A stretch of 64,000 nt of DNA, taken from contig JAJDWF010000085.1 of NCBI GenBank assembly GCA_022825745.1, positions 1,783 through 65,782 on the forward strand, written 5' to 3'. The notes under the pieces were generated by a model. The model saw only the letters and a program-made list of their open reading frames with translations, was not told the DNA's origin and made no database searches. Positions within the stretch are counted from its first letter, which is position 1. Each line of letters opens with the position of its first letter. The translations under genes were made by a program, and so were the position numbers. This stretch comes from Dehalococcoidia bacterium (lineage in GTDB: Bacteria; Chloroflexota; Dehalococcoidia; Lucifugimonadales; UBA3495). Shown here piece after piece: positions 24,183-32,338 of the stretch.

Positions 24183-27100
24183 CTATATGCTTCCCGGCAT
24201 GGCTGCGACGGCACGCTCGAATTCGGCCGAATATAACCTGGCCCCCGCGTCGGCGTCGGCATCGGAGCGATTGACCACGATGCCCTTCTCCAGCGACGCC
24301 ACCGGCACGCCGTCGCGGAACACCACCCGGTTGCCCGGCTGGGACGGTACCCGCTCGCCGGGCGTCACGATGCCCACCAGGTTCAGCGGGTCGCAGGCCG
24401 ACACGACTTCCAGTGCGCCGGTAGTCGGCGCGCGGTGCGCCTCCCGCAGCGCCGACACCGCGTCCGGCAGCGCGAACTGCTCGCCCACGAAACCGGACAC
24501 GAACCGCCCGCCCCTGATCTCGCCCCTGGCCTCCAGCCGGCGATAGACCCGTACCAGGTCCCGCCAGCGCGGCGCCATTCTTTCGCGAACCAGCAACTCG
24601 GGAAAAACCACGCCGTAGCGGTGTAGCAGCTGCATTGCTTTCGCTTCCAGCGGGTCCTCGACCGGGTCCAGGCATTCCAGCAACGACCACCGCCCGGCGT
24701 TGCCTCGCCGCTCCGAACGCGGCCGCCGCGACGGCGGCGGCTGGCTGGCGCTGATGCGCGCGCGCAGAAGTCCGGGCTCGGCTTTGCCATTGCGTCGGCT
24801 GCTGCCCTTCCGGTCCGGCCGGCTTTTGTGTGGCTTACCGTTAATGCGGGCGCGCAGGGGGAGCACGCTGTCCGACGTCACCAGCCCGTTGGCCGCCAGC
24901 ATCCACAGGGCCTCTTCCACGTCCGAAGGCAGACGGCGGGTGTGGGCGATCAGGTCGCTCTGGAAGCACGCGCCCCGGTCGGTCAGGACTTCCAGTATCT
25001 CCGCCATCGCTCCCGTCAGGCCGCCGTGATTCTCGGCGGCCGGGTCCAGCAGCCAGTCCAGGGACTCGCGCAGGGCCAGCGTGATGTTCGAGGAGCGGGT
25101 CAGCGCAGCGGCTCGGAAACCGGAACCGTTGCCCGATGCCGCGCTGCTGCCCCTTGAGAAACGTCCCCAGGCTACCTCGCCGCCGGTACACAAACTGTCC
25201 AGCAGCGCCGGCTTGTAGTCCGAGACCCGGCGTGCCAGCAGTTCCGGCTCCCACGCGGCGGCCGCAGTCTCAAACCCCTGGAGCTTGTCGATTACGTCCA
25301 GCAGCCCACCCTCGCCGGCGGTTTGCCAGCCCGTCGCCGCATACTGCCACCGGAACAGGAAGCGCATGAAGGAAGCCTGCGATACCGGTTCAATCTCTCG
25401 ACGCAGCCGGCCCACGGTGGCGCGGTGAATGCGGGCGAGAATCCGCCGGTCGCAAAACTCCTCTTCGTCAACGCCGGCGCGGAAACTCCCGCGCAACACC
25501 AGCCCTTCGTTCTCCAGTCCTATAACGGCGGTACTCACGTCGGATCGAGACAGGCCGAGCAGCCCGGCCATCTCGCCGGCGGTGAACGGGCCGGAGCACT
25601 CGGCCCAGCCGCGCACCAGGTGAAGTACCGCGTCCTCCCGCTCTATTTCATCCCCGCCGCGCCCGCTCGCCGGCGGCAGCAGGCTCACCCTCCCTTCCAG
25701 CACAGCATCCGGATATGCGGCGGAAACCAGGGCGGCCTGTTCCGCGGCCAGCCAGAGCGCCGCGCCCTCCGATGGGGCTATACTCAGTACCCGACCCGCT
25801 CGTGCCAGTTCTTCCAACCACCCGAGCAGCATCCCCCGCGAAGCCATCTCGGTGCGGGATGCCAACTCGTCCGCCGGAGCGACGCCCAGGGTCAGCAGCG
25901 CGTCGTGAAGTTCGTCGGCGTCTCGGATGGCCGGCCAGGCGTAGGCCGATTCCTGCCGGATGGCTTCCGGGTCCAGCGCCGACAGGTCGCGGGCGTCCTC
26001 GGGCAGGGCGCGACGCAGGGATACGGCCCGGGCCCGCCGCTCCTCCAATGGCGCATCGTCCAGGAACGCATAGGGCATGGCGTTGAGAATCTGGTGGGCG
26101 AACACCGAGGGCTGCACCGTGTCCCGCGCGAACACCTCGATCTCTCCCGAGCGCATGGACTCCAGCACACCCTTCAACCCTTCCAGGCTCATGGCCTCAC
26201 TGAGGCAGTCGCGGGTGGTCTCGAACACCAGCGGGTGGTCCGGCGGCTCGATGTCCCCGGGGTCAGAGTTGTCCTGGCACTGGACCTGGGCCGGGAACAC
26301 GGCGGCCAGCAGGTCGTCGGAGCGCATCCTTTGCAGCGGTGCCGGCACCTTCTTGCCTCCCGTGTGCCGCAGCAGGGCTAGAAAACGCGAGGCGTTCCAA
26401 CGCCAGCGTGTCCCGTACAACGGGGCTTGGAACACCGCCTGGGTCAGCACTTCCTCCACCGTGTTGGGCGAAAGGTAGTTGAACACGTCGCCCAGCGGGA
26501 AGGCCATGCTCGGCCCCAGCGAAAAGTTCAGCCCGTCGTCGGTTGCGCTGGCCTGTAGCTCGAAGTCGAAGGTGCGGCAGATGCGCTTCCGCAGCGCCAT
26601 GCCCCACGCCCGGTTGATGGCCGCGCCAAAGGGAGCGTGAATCACCAGTTGCATACCGCCGCTCTCGTCGAAGAACCGCTCGGCCACCACCCGGCCGGAG
26701 GTTGGCACCACGCCCAGGACTCGCTTCCCTTCCACAAGGTAGGTCACCAACTGGCGGGCGACCTCCGCCGATACCCCGGCCTCGGATACCAGCCACGCTT
26801 CGGCGTCCTTGGGATTGTCTAACCGTCGGTCGATGCCGTCCCGCAGTTGCGTAATCTCGTCGGAGAGTTCCCAGGTGCGGCCCGGCGCTTCGCCCAGCCA
26901 GAAGGGGATGGTCGGCAGGTTCCCCTGGGCGTCTTCCACACGAACCCGTCCGCTCTCCACGCGGCGAATTTTCCACGGAGTGTTGCCCAGCAGGAAGATG
27001 TCCCCGGCCAGGCTCTCGATGGCGAAGTCCTCGTTGACGGTGCCCACGAAAGTCCCGTCCGGGTCGGCCACCACGTCGTAGTCCGCGTTGTCGGGAATGG

Positions 27101-28592
27101 CCCCGCCGCTGGTCAGCGCGGCGAGACGCGCGCCCCGGCGTCCCTTCACCCGGTGGTTGATGCCGTCCCGGTGCAGGTGCGCGCCGTTCCGTCCCAGCCG
27201 TGGCGCGAACCCCTGGGAAAGCGCCTCCACAACCTGGTCGAACTTGTCCCGGGGCAGGTCCCGGTAGGGGTAAGCTCGCCGGCACAGCTCGAACAACCCG
27301 TCCTCGTCCCAATCTTCCGAGGCGCATTCCGCCACCATCTGTTGCGCCATGACGTCCAGCGGCCACGATGGAATGACAAAGGTGTCCAGGTTGCTCCGCC
27401 GCAGTGCCCGCGACAGGGCCGCGCACTCCAGCATTTCGTCCCTGGTCAGCGGGAACAACTTGCCTTTCGGCACGCCGCCGACGGTGTGTCCCGACCGGCC
27501 CACCCGCTGCACCAGCAACCCGATGGACCGAGGCGAACCAATCTGGCACACCAGGTCGATCTCGCCGATGTCGATGCCCAGTTCCAGCGACGCGGTGGCG
27601 ACGCAGACCTTGACCTGCCCGTTTTTCAGCTTCTGTTCGGCGTCCCACCGCCGTTCTCGCGAGAGGCTGCCGTGGTGGGCGACCACTGCCTCCTCGCCCA
27701 TTCGCGCCGAAAGCTGGTGCGCCACCCGTTCCACCAGCCGCCGCGTGTTCACGAACACCAGCGTAATGGCGTGGGTCTCCGTGAGGCCGGCGATGGCGTC
27801 CAGGGTCTCGCCCCAGATTTCATGGGTGGCGATTGGCCCAAGTTCCTGCTCCGGCAACTCGACGGACAGGTCAACCCTCCGGCGGCTGCCCGTGTCCACC
27901 ACCACGCAATCGGGATTGCCTTCGGCGTCGATGTGCCGGTTGCCCACCAGGAAGCGGGCCATTTCCGACAGCGGCCGCTGGGTTGCGGACAGACCTATGC
28001 GGGTGATCGGCTCCTCGGAAAGCTGGCACAGGCGCTCCACCGACAGTGTCAGGTGCGCGCCGCGTTTGTCGTCGGCCACGGCGTGAATCTCGTCCAGGAT
28101 CACCGTCCGGACGTGTTTCAGTCCCCGTCGCCCGCTCTCCGAGGTCAGCAGGATGTACAGCGACTCCGGGGTCGTGATGAGAATATGCGGCGGCCGCTTT
28201 GCCAGCTTCTGCCGCTCCGAAGCCGGTGTGTCCCCGGTGCGTACCGCCGTGGTGATCTGCGGTATCGGCGCTCCGGTCTCCTCGGCCAGCGCCGCGATCT
28301 CTTCCAGGGGCGTCGCCAGGTTTTTCTGGATGTCGTTGGACAGGGCTTTCAGGGGCGAAACGTACACCACCTGCGTTGCGTCCGGCAGTCCTGTCTCCAT
28401 TCCCTGCCGCACCAGTTGATCGATGCAGGTCAGGAAGGCGGTGAGGGTTTTACCCGACCCGGTGGGCGCGGCGATGAGCGTGTGGCGCCCCTGCGCGATG
28501 GCCGGCCACCCAGCGGCCTGCGCCTCCGTCGGCGCGTCGAACCGGCTGCGGAACCACCGTTGAATGATGGGGTGAAACGAGGACAGGGACAT
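24183..28592 (-). CDS. lhr: Lhr-family ATP-dependent DEAD/DEAH-box helicase (long form)
   Basis: 1,469 aa. N-terminal FHPIIQRWF...APTGSGKT, DEIH box, and the long Lhr C-terminal extension. Confidence 0.9.
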   Translation of the reverse strand: MSLSSFHPIIQRWFRSRFDAPTEAQAAGWPAIAQGRHTLIAAPTGSGKTLTAFLTCIDQLVRQGMETGLPDATQVVYVSPLKALSNDIQKNLATPLEEIAALAEETGAPIPQITTAVRTGDTPASERQKLAKRPPHILITTPESLYILLTSESGRRGLKHVRTVILDEIHAVADDKRGAHLTLSVERLCQLSEEPITRIGLSATQRPLSEMARFLVGNRHIDAEGNPDCVVVDTGSRRRVDLSVELPEQELGPIATHEIWGETLDAIAGLTETHAITLVFVNTRRLVERVAHQLSARMGEEAVVAHHGSLSRERRWDAEQKLKNGQVKVCVATASLELGIDIGEIDLVCQIGSPRSIGLLVQRVGRSGHTVGGVPKGKLFPLTRDEMLECAALSRALRRSNLDTFVIPSWPLDVMAQQMVAECASEDWDEDGLFELCRRAYPYRDLPRDKFDQVVEALSQGFAPRLGRNGAHLHRDGINHRVKGRRGARLAALTSGGAIPDNADYDVVADPDGTFVGTVNEDFAIESLAGDIFLLGNTPWKIRRVESGRVRVEDAQGNLPTIPFWLGEAPGRTWELSDEITQLRDGIDRRLDNPKDAEAWLVSEAGVSAEVARQLVTYLVEGKRVLGVVPTSGRVVAERFFDESGGMQLVIHAPFGAAINRAWGMALRKRICRTFDFELQASATDDGLNFSLGPSMAFPLGDVFNYLSPNTVEEVLTQAVFQAPLYGTRWRWNASRFLALLRHTGGKKVPAPLQRMRSDDLLAAVFPAQVQCQDNSDPGDIEPPDHPLVFETTRDCLSEAMSLEGLKGVLESMRSGEIEVFARDTVQPSVFAHQILNAMPYAFLDDAPLEERRARAVSLRRALPEDARDLSALDPEAIRQESAYAWPAIRDADELHDALLTLGVAPADELASRTEMASRGMLLGWLEELARAGRVLSIAPSEGAALWLAAEQAALVSAAYPDAVLEGRVSLLPPASGRGGDEIEREDAVLHLVRGWAECSGPFTAGEMAGLLGLSRSDVSTAVIGLENEGLVLRGSFRAGVDEEEFCDRRILARIHRATVGRLRREIEPVSQASFMRFLFRWQYAATGWQTAGEGGLLDVIDKLQGFETAAAAWEPELLARRVSDYKPALLDSLCTGGEVAWGRFSRGSSAASGNGSGFRAAALTRSSNITLALRESLDWLLDPAAENHGGLTGAMAEILEVLTDRGACFQSDLIAHTRRLPSDVEEALWMLAANGLVTSDSVLPLRARINGKPHKSRPDRKGSSRRNGKAEPGLLRARISASQPPPSRRPRSERRGNAGRWSLLECLDPVEDPLEAKAMQLLHRYGVVFPELLVRERMAPRWRDLVRVYRRLEARGEIRGGRFVSGFVGEQFALPDAVSALREAHRAPTTGALEVVSACDPLNLVGIVTPGERVPSQPGNRVVFRDGVPVASLEKGIVVNRSDADADAGARLYSAEFERAVAAMPGSI

Positions 28593-28650
28593 GGCGCGAT
28601 TTTAACACAACTGCGCCCACGTCTCGCCCCGCGTCGATTCGGGTACAATG

Positions 28651-28663
28651 CTTGCCATTGGCA
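28651..28663. promoter_or_regulatory. 13-bp perfect palindrome just downstream of a TACAAT -10-like hexamer
   Basis: TTGCCA-T-TGGCAA, with TACAAT at 28643-28648. It lies in the lhr / CMD-gene divergent region. Confidence 0.3.
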
Positions 28664-28690
28664 AATACCGGATCCCACTGGAGTCAAACA

Positions 28691-29467
28691 ATGAACAGTC
28701 GCGAGGAACTCAGGCGCAAGGGCAACGAGATACGGGAACGTCTGCAACACGGCGCCTACCCGGCCCGGGAGCGGCCCCGGGCTACGGCCAGCATTCCCGG
28801 CCTGAGAAACTTCACCGGGGAGTCCATCTTCGGCGCGGTGTGGTCCCGCCCCGGCTTGGACATCCGCTACCGGATGCTGGCCACCCTGTCCGTCCTCACC
28901 ACGCTCCAGCGCCTTTCCCAGTTTCAGACCTACGTCCACAGCGCGCTGAGCCTGGGTTTGAACCCGGAGGAGATCCAGGAAGTGCCAATCCATTGCTCCC
29001 TCTACGCCGGCTTCCCCTCGGCGGTGAACTCCCTGGAGGTGGTGCACGAGGCATTTCGCGAGCGAGGCGTCGAGCCGCCTCAAACCGAAATCCCCGAGCT
29101 GAGCCTTGAGGAAATGGAAGCGCGGGGCCGCGAGCTACGTGATCAACTCTTCGGCCCTGAAGGACAGGGCGGTTACAACAGCGCGCTGATGGACCTTGCG
29201 CCCGACCTGCGAACGCTCACCTACCAGTACGGCTTCGGCGAGATTTTCTTTCGCCCCGGCCTGGACCTGAAATCCAGGGTCGTTTGCGCCACGGCCGCGC
29301 TGGCGGCGACCCGGGCCGACGGCCAACTGCGCAACTTCCTGCGCGCCGGCCCTCGCGTCGGCCTCTCCCAGCAGGAAATGGTGGAGGTGCTGATCCAGAC
29401 CGGAGGCTACGCCGGCTATCCGGCAGCGTTGAACGCCATATCCATCGCCGCCGAGGTCTATAGCTGA
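28691..29467 (+). CDS. Carboxymuconolactone decarboxylase (CMD/AhpD-like) family protein, two-domain
   Basis: Two CMD-like halves. ATG at 28691 with GGAG upstream. Confidence 0.75.
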   Translation: MNSREELRRKGNEIRERLQHGAYPARERPRATASIPGLRNFTGESIFGAVWSRPGLDIRYRMLATLSVLTTLQRLSQFQTYVHSALSLGLNPEEIQEVPIHCSLYAGFPSAVNSLEVVHEAFRERGVEPPQTEIPELSLEEMEARGRELRDQLFGPEGQGGYNSALMDLAPDLRTLTYQYGFGEIFFRPGLDLKSRVVCATAALAATRADGQLRNFLRAGPRVGLSQQEMVEVLIQTGGYAGYPAALNAISIAAEVYS

Positions 29468-29478
29468 GCCAACGGACG

Positions 29479-30591
29479 CTACCGGCTGCCGGCCTCTTGG
29501 AGATCGTTCTCGGTACGGAACGGCCCCCATTCACGTGGGATGTTGAGCAGCCGGTCTTCCAGGTTGTCCACGCTGTTCTGGCCGCAGTACGCCATCGCGC
29601 GGTCGAACTCCTCGCGCAGTATCTCCAGCATGTGGTGTACGCCCTCCGCTCCGTTCACCGCCAGTCCCCAATATAGCGGCCGGCCCACTGCCACCGCGGT
29701 CGCGCCCAGGGCCAACGCCTTGAGCACGTCGCTGCCCCGCCGCACGCCGGAATCCACGTACACTTCCGCCTTACCCCCGGCCGCCGCCACGATTTCCGGC
29801 ACCATTTCGATGCTGGACATGGTGCTGTCAAACCGGCGTCCTCCGTGGGTGGAAACCAGGATGCCGTTGACCCCGTGCTCCACCGCCTTGCGCGCGTCTT
29901 CGGCGACCCTCAGTCCCTTCAACACCAGGGGCAGGTCGGTGAGACTCCGCAGCCACTCCAGCTCCCGCCACGTCAGCGGCGGGCATACCTGTGCTTCCCA
30001 CGGCGGCGGTTCGCCGGACTCGGAAGCGACCTTCAATTGCTCGCGGAAGTTGCCATACTCGCCCGGACGCTCGTAGCGATTGCGTATGTCCCGTTCCTTG
30101 GGGCTGGGAAACGGCGCGTCGATGGTGAGCACGATGGCCCCGTAACCGGCCGCCTCCGCGCGCTTGACCAGGTTCTCGGTAAGGTCGTAACTGCGGTGCG
30201 AAAGCTGGAACCACAGCGGGCCGGTGGCGGCTTCCGCGATCTCCTCCATGCTGCAATTGGAATTGGTGCTGCACATCATCAGCGTGTTGGACATGCCGGC
30301 GCCGCGCACGGTGGCACATTCGGCATCCGGGTGCGCGTTGCTGTGAGCGTCCGTCGGCGAAATCATCACCGGAAAGCTGATGTCCGTCCCCAGCACGGTG
30401 GTCGCGATTTTCCGCTCGGTCGTATCCCGCATGAACCGGGGTCGCAGCGTCAGCGCCTCAAAGGCGGCGCGGTTGCGGGCCGTGGCCATCTCGTCCATCG
30501 CCCCGGCCTCGATGAACTCCCAATAGTTGTGGGGCAGGACTTCCCTGGCCCGCGCCTCATAGTCATAAAGGCTGACTGGATCCATTCGCAC
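29479..30591 (-). CDS. FMN-dependent alpha-hydroxy acid dehydrogenase/oxidase (LldD / glycolate oxidase family)
   Basis: Family motifs (SLYDYE..A, VSTHGGR, GADGV-like region). The start is uncertain: GTG at 30591 or ATG at 30585, since the GAGGAG RBS lies inside the track ORF start. Confidence 0.8.
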   Translation of the reverse strand: MRMDPVSLYDYEARAREVLPHNYWEFIEAGAMDEMATARNRAAFEALTLRPRFMRDTTERKIATTVLGTDISFPVMISPTDAHSNAHPDAECATVRGAGMSNTLMMCSTNSNCSMEEIAEAATGPLWFQLSHRSYDLTENLVKRAEAAGYGAIVLTIDAPFPSPKERDIRNRYERPGEYGNFREQLKVASESGEPPPWEAQVCPPLTWRELEWLRSLTDLPLVLKGLRVAEDARKAVEHGVNGILVSTHGGRRFDSTMSSIEMVPEIVAAAGGKAEVYVDSGVRRGSDVLKALALGATAVAVGRPLYWGLAVNGAEGVHHMLEILREEFDRAMAYCGQNSVDNLEDRLLNIPREWGPFRTENDLQEAGSR

Positions 30592-30745
30592 GGTCGCACT
30601 CCTCACAATAACGGCTTATTGGCAAGGGAATTTTACACCGGGCGGCACGGTATCGCGCCGGTTGACGGGTTTCAATCCATCGGTGTTAGACTGACTTGTA
30701 ACGAAATCCTCGATTCTGCGCTCACCACGTCTCCCGGAGGCAACT

Positions 30746-32125
30746 ATGGCTACCCATTCCGAAACCACGCTCCAGGACTTGCAACGTACCGCCCTGGAAA
30801 ACCTCTGGGTGTACCTGCGGGAACCCAGCGACATGGCCGAGAAGGGCGAGCCCCAGATTTTCGTCGAAGGCAAGGGCTGCCAGGTTACCGACTCGCTCGG
30901 CAACACCTACATCGACGCCATGTCCGGCCTGTGGTTGAAGAATGTCGGTTACGGCCAGAAGGAAATCGCCGACGCCGCCTACGAGCAGATGCTCAAGATC
31001 ACCTACATGCCCCTGGGCACCACCACCGAGCCCACCGTCGTGCTCTCGGAAAAAATCGCATCCATGATGCCGGGCGACCTCTCCCGCTGCTTCTTCACCA
31101 GCGGCGGCTCCGAGTCGGTGGAAACCGCGTTGAAGCTGTCCCGCGCCTACTTCAAGCGCATCGGCGAACCCCAGCGCACCAAGTTCATCAGCCGCCGCGA
31201 CTCCTACCACGGCGCCACCATGGGCGCAATGGCCCTGGGCGGCAACTACCTCTACCCCAGGGAAGACTACGAACCCCTGATGCCCAATACCTTCCACGCG
31301 CCGCAGCCCAACTTCTACCGCTGCGAGTTCAAGAGCGAGTCGCCGGAAGAATGCGGCCAGCGGTGCGTGGACGCCATCGAGAGCATCATCCAGTTCCAGG
31401 GGCCTGACACCGTCGCGGCGGTCATCGCCGAACCCATCTCCAGCCCCATGGGAGCCGTGGTGCCGCCCGACAACTACTGGCCCCTGCTGCGCGAAGTCTG
31501 CAACAAGTACGGCTGCCTGCTCATCGCCGATGAGGTGATTACCGGTTTCGGCCGCACCGGCAAATGGTTCGGCTGCGACCACTGGGACATCGTTCCCGAC
31601 ATGATGACCGTGGCCAAGGGCATCACCAGCGGGTATATCCCCATGGGCGGAACCATCCTCCGCAAGCCCATCGCCGACGCCTTTGTCGGCAGCCCCTCGG
31701 CCGCCTTCCGCCATGTCATCACCTTCGGCGGTCACCCCGTAGCGGCGGCGGCATCCCTCAAGAACCTGGAAATCATGGAACGGGAAGGGATGGTTGAAAA
31801 TTCGGCCCGCATGGGACGCTACCTGCTGGACGGCCTGGAAGAACTCAAGGAAAAACACTCCATCATCGGCAACGTCCGCGGCCTGGGCCTCATGTGCGGC
31901 CTGGAAATGGTGAAGGACCGCGAGACCAGGGAACACTTCCCGGCCGACGCCGGACTCAGCCCCCGCTTGACCCAGGGCTTCGCCGACCAGGGCCTCTTCC
32001 TGCGTGGCGGCGACCTCATGAACATCATGCCCCCGCTGTGCGTCACCCCCGGCGAGGTTGAGCAGATCGTGTCCACCATGGACGACGTGATCGGTCGGGT
32101 GGCGTCGGACCTGGGCGCGGCGTAG
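30746..32125 (+). CDS. Class III (omega) aminotransferase, PLP-dependent
   Basis: 459 aa. Motifs SGGSESVE, IADEV.TGFGRTG, and the PLP-Lys context MTVAKGITSG. Confidence 0.9.
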   Translation: MATHSETTLQDLQRTALENLWVYLREPSDMAEKGEPQIFVEGKGCQVTDSLGNTYIDAMSGLWLKNVGYGQKEIADAAYEQMLKITYMPLGTTTEPTVVLSEKIASMMPGDLSRCFFTSGGSESVETALKLSRAYFKRIGEPQRTKFISRRDSYHGATMGAMALGGNYLYPREDYEPLMPNTFHAPQPNFYRCEFKSESPEECGQRCVDAIESIIQFQGPDTVAAVIAEPISSPMGAVVPPDNYWPLLREVCNKYGCLLIADEVITGFGRTGKWFGCDHWDIVPDMMTVAKGITSGYIPMGGTILRKPIADAFVGSPSAAFRHVITFGGHPVAAAASLKNLEIMEREGMVENSARMGRYLLDGLEELKEKHSIIGNVRGLGLMCGLEMVKDRETREHFPADAGLSPRLTQGFADQGLFLRGGDLMNIMPPLCVTPGEVEQIVSTMDDVIGRVASDLGAA

Positions 32126-32150
32126 CGGCTCAGCCGACAAAACAGCAAAA

Positions 32151-32170
32151 ACGGCCCCAACCGGGGCCGT
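32151..32170. terminator. Bidirectional intrinsic terminator hairpin
   Basis: ACGGCCCC-aacc-GGGGCCGT. On the minus strand it is followed by TTTTGCTGTTTT (ends tRNA-Phe). On the plus strand it follows the aminotransferase stop. Confidence 0.55.
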
Positions 32171-32192
32171 TTCGAGTTGGTAATCAAGAAAA

Positions 32193-32269
32193 TGGTGCCG
32201 AGGGGCGGATTCGAACCACCGACACCGGCATTTTCAGTGCCGTGCTCTACCAGGCTGAGCTACCTCGGC
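32193..32269 (-). tRNA. tRNA-Phe (GAA anticodon), CCA encoded
   Basis: The reverse complement folds as a cloverleaf: GCCGAGG acceptor stem, anticodon loop CUGAAAA, T-arm GGTGG-TTCGAAT-CCGCC, 3' CCA. Confidence 0.9.
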
Positions 32270-32338
32270 TAACAGGGTATTCGATGATAAGCAACGCAGG
32301 AAACATTGTCAATCCAAAACTGCCGTTGCCCCCCGCCC

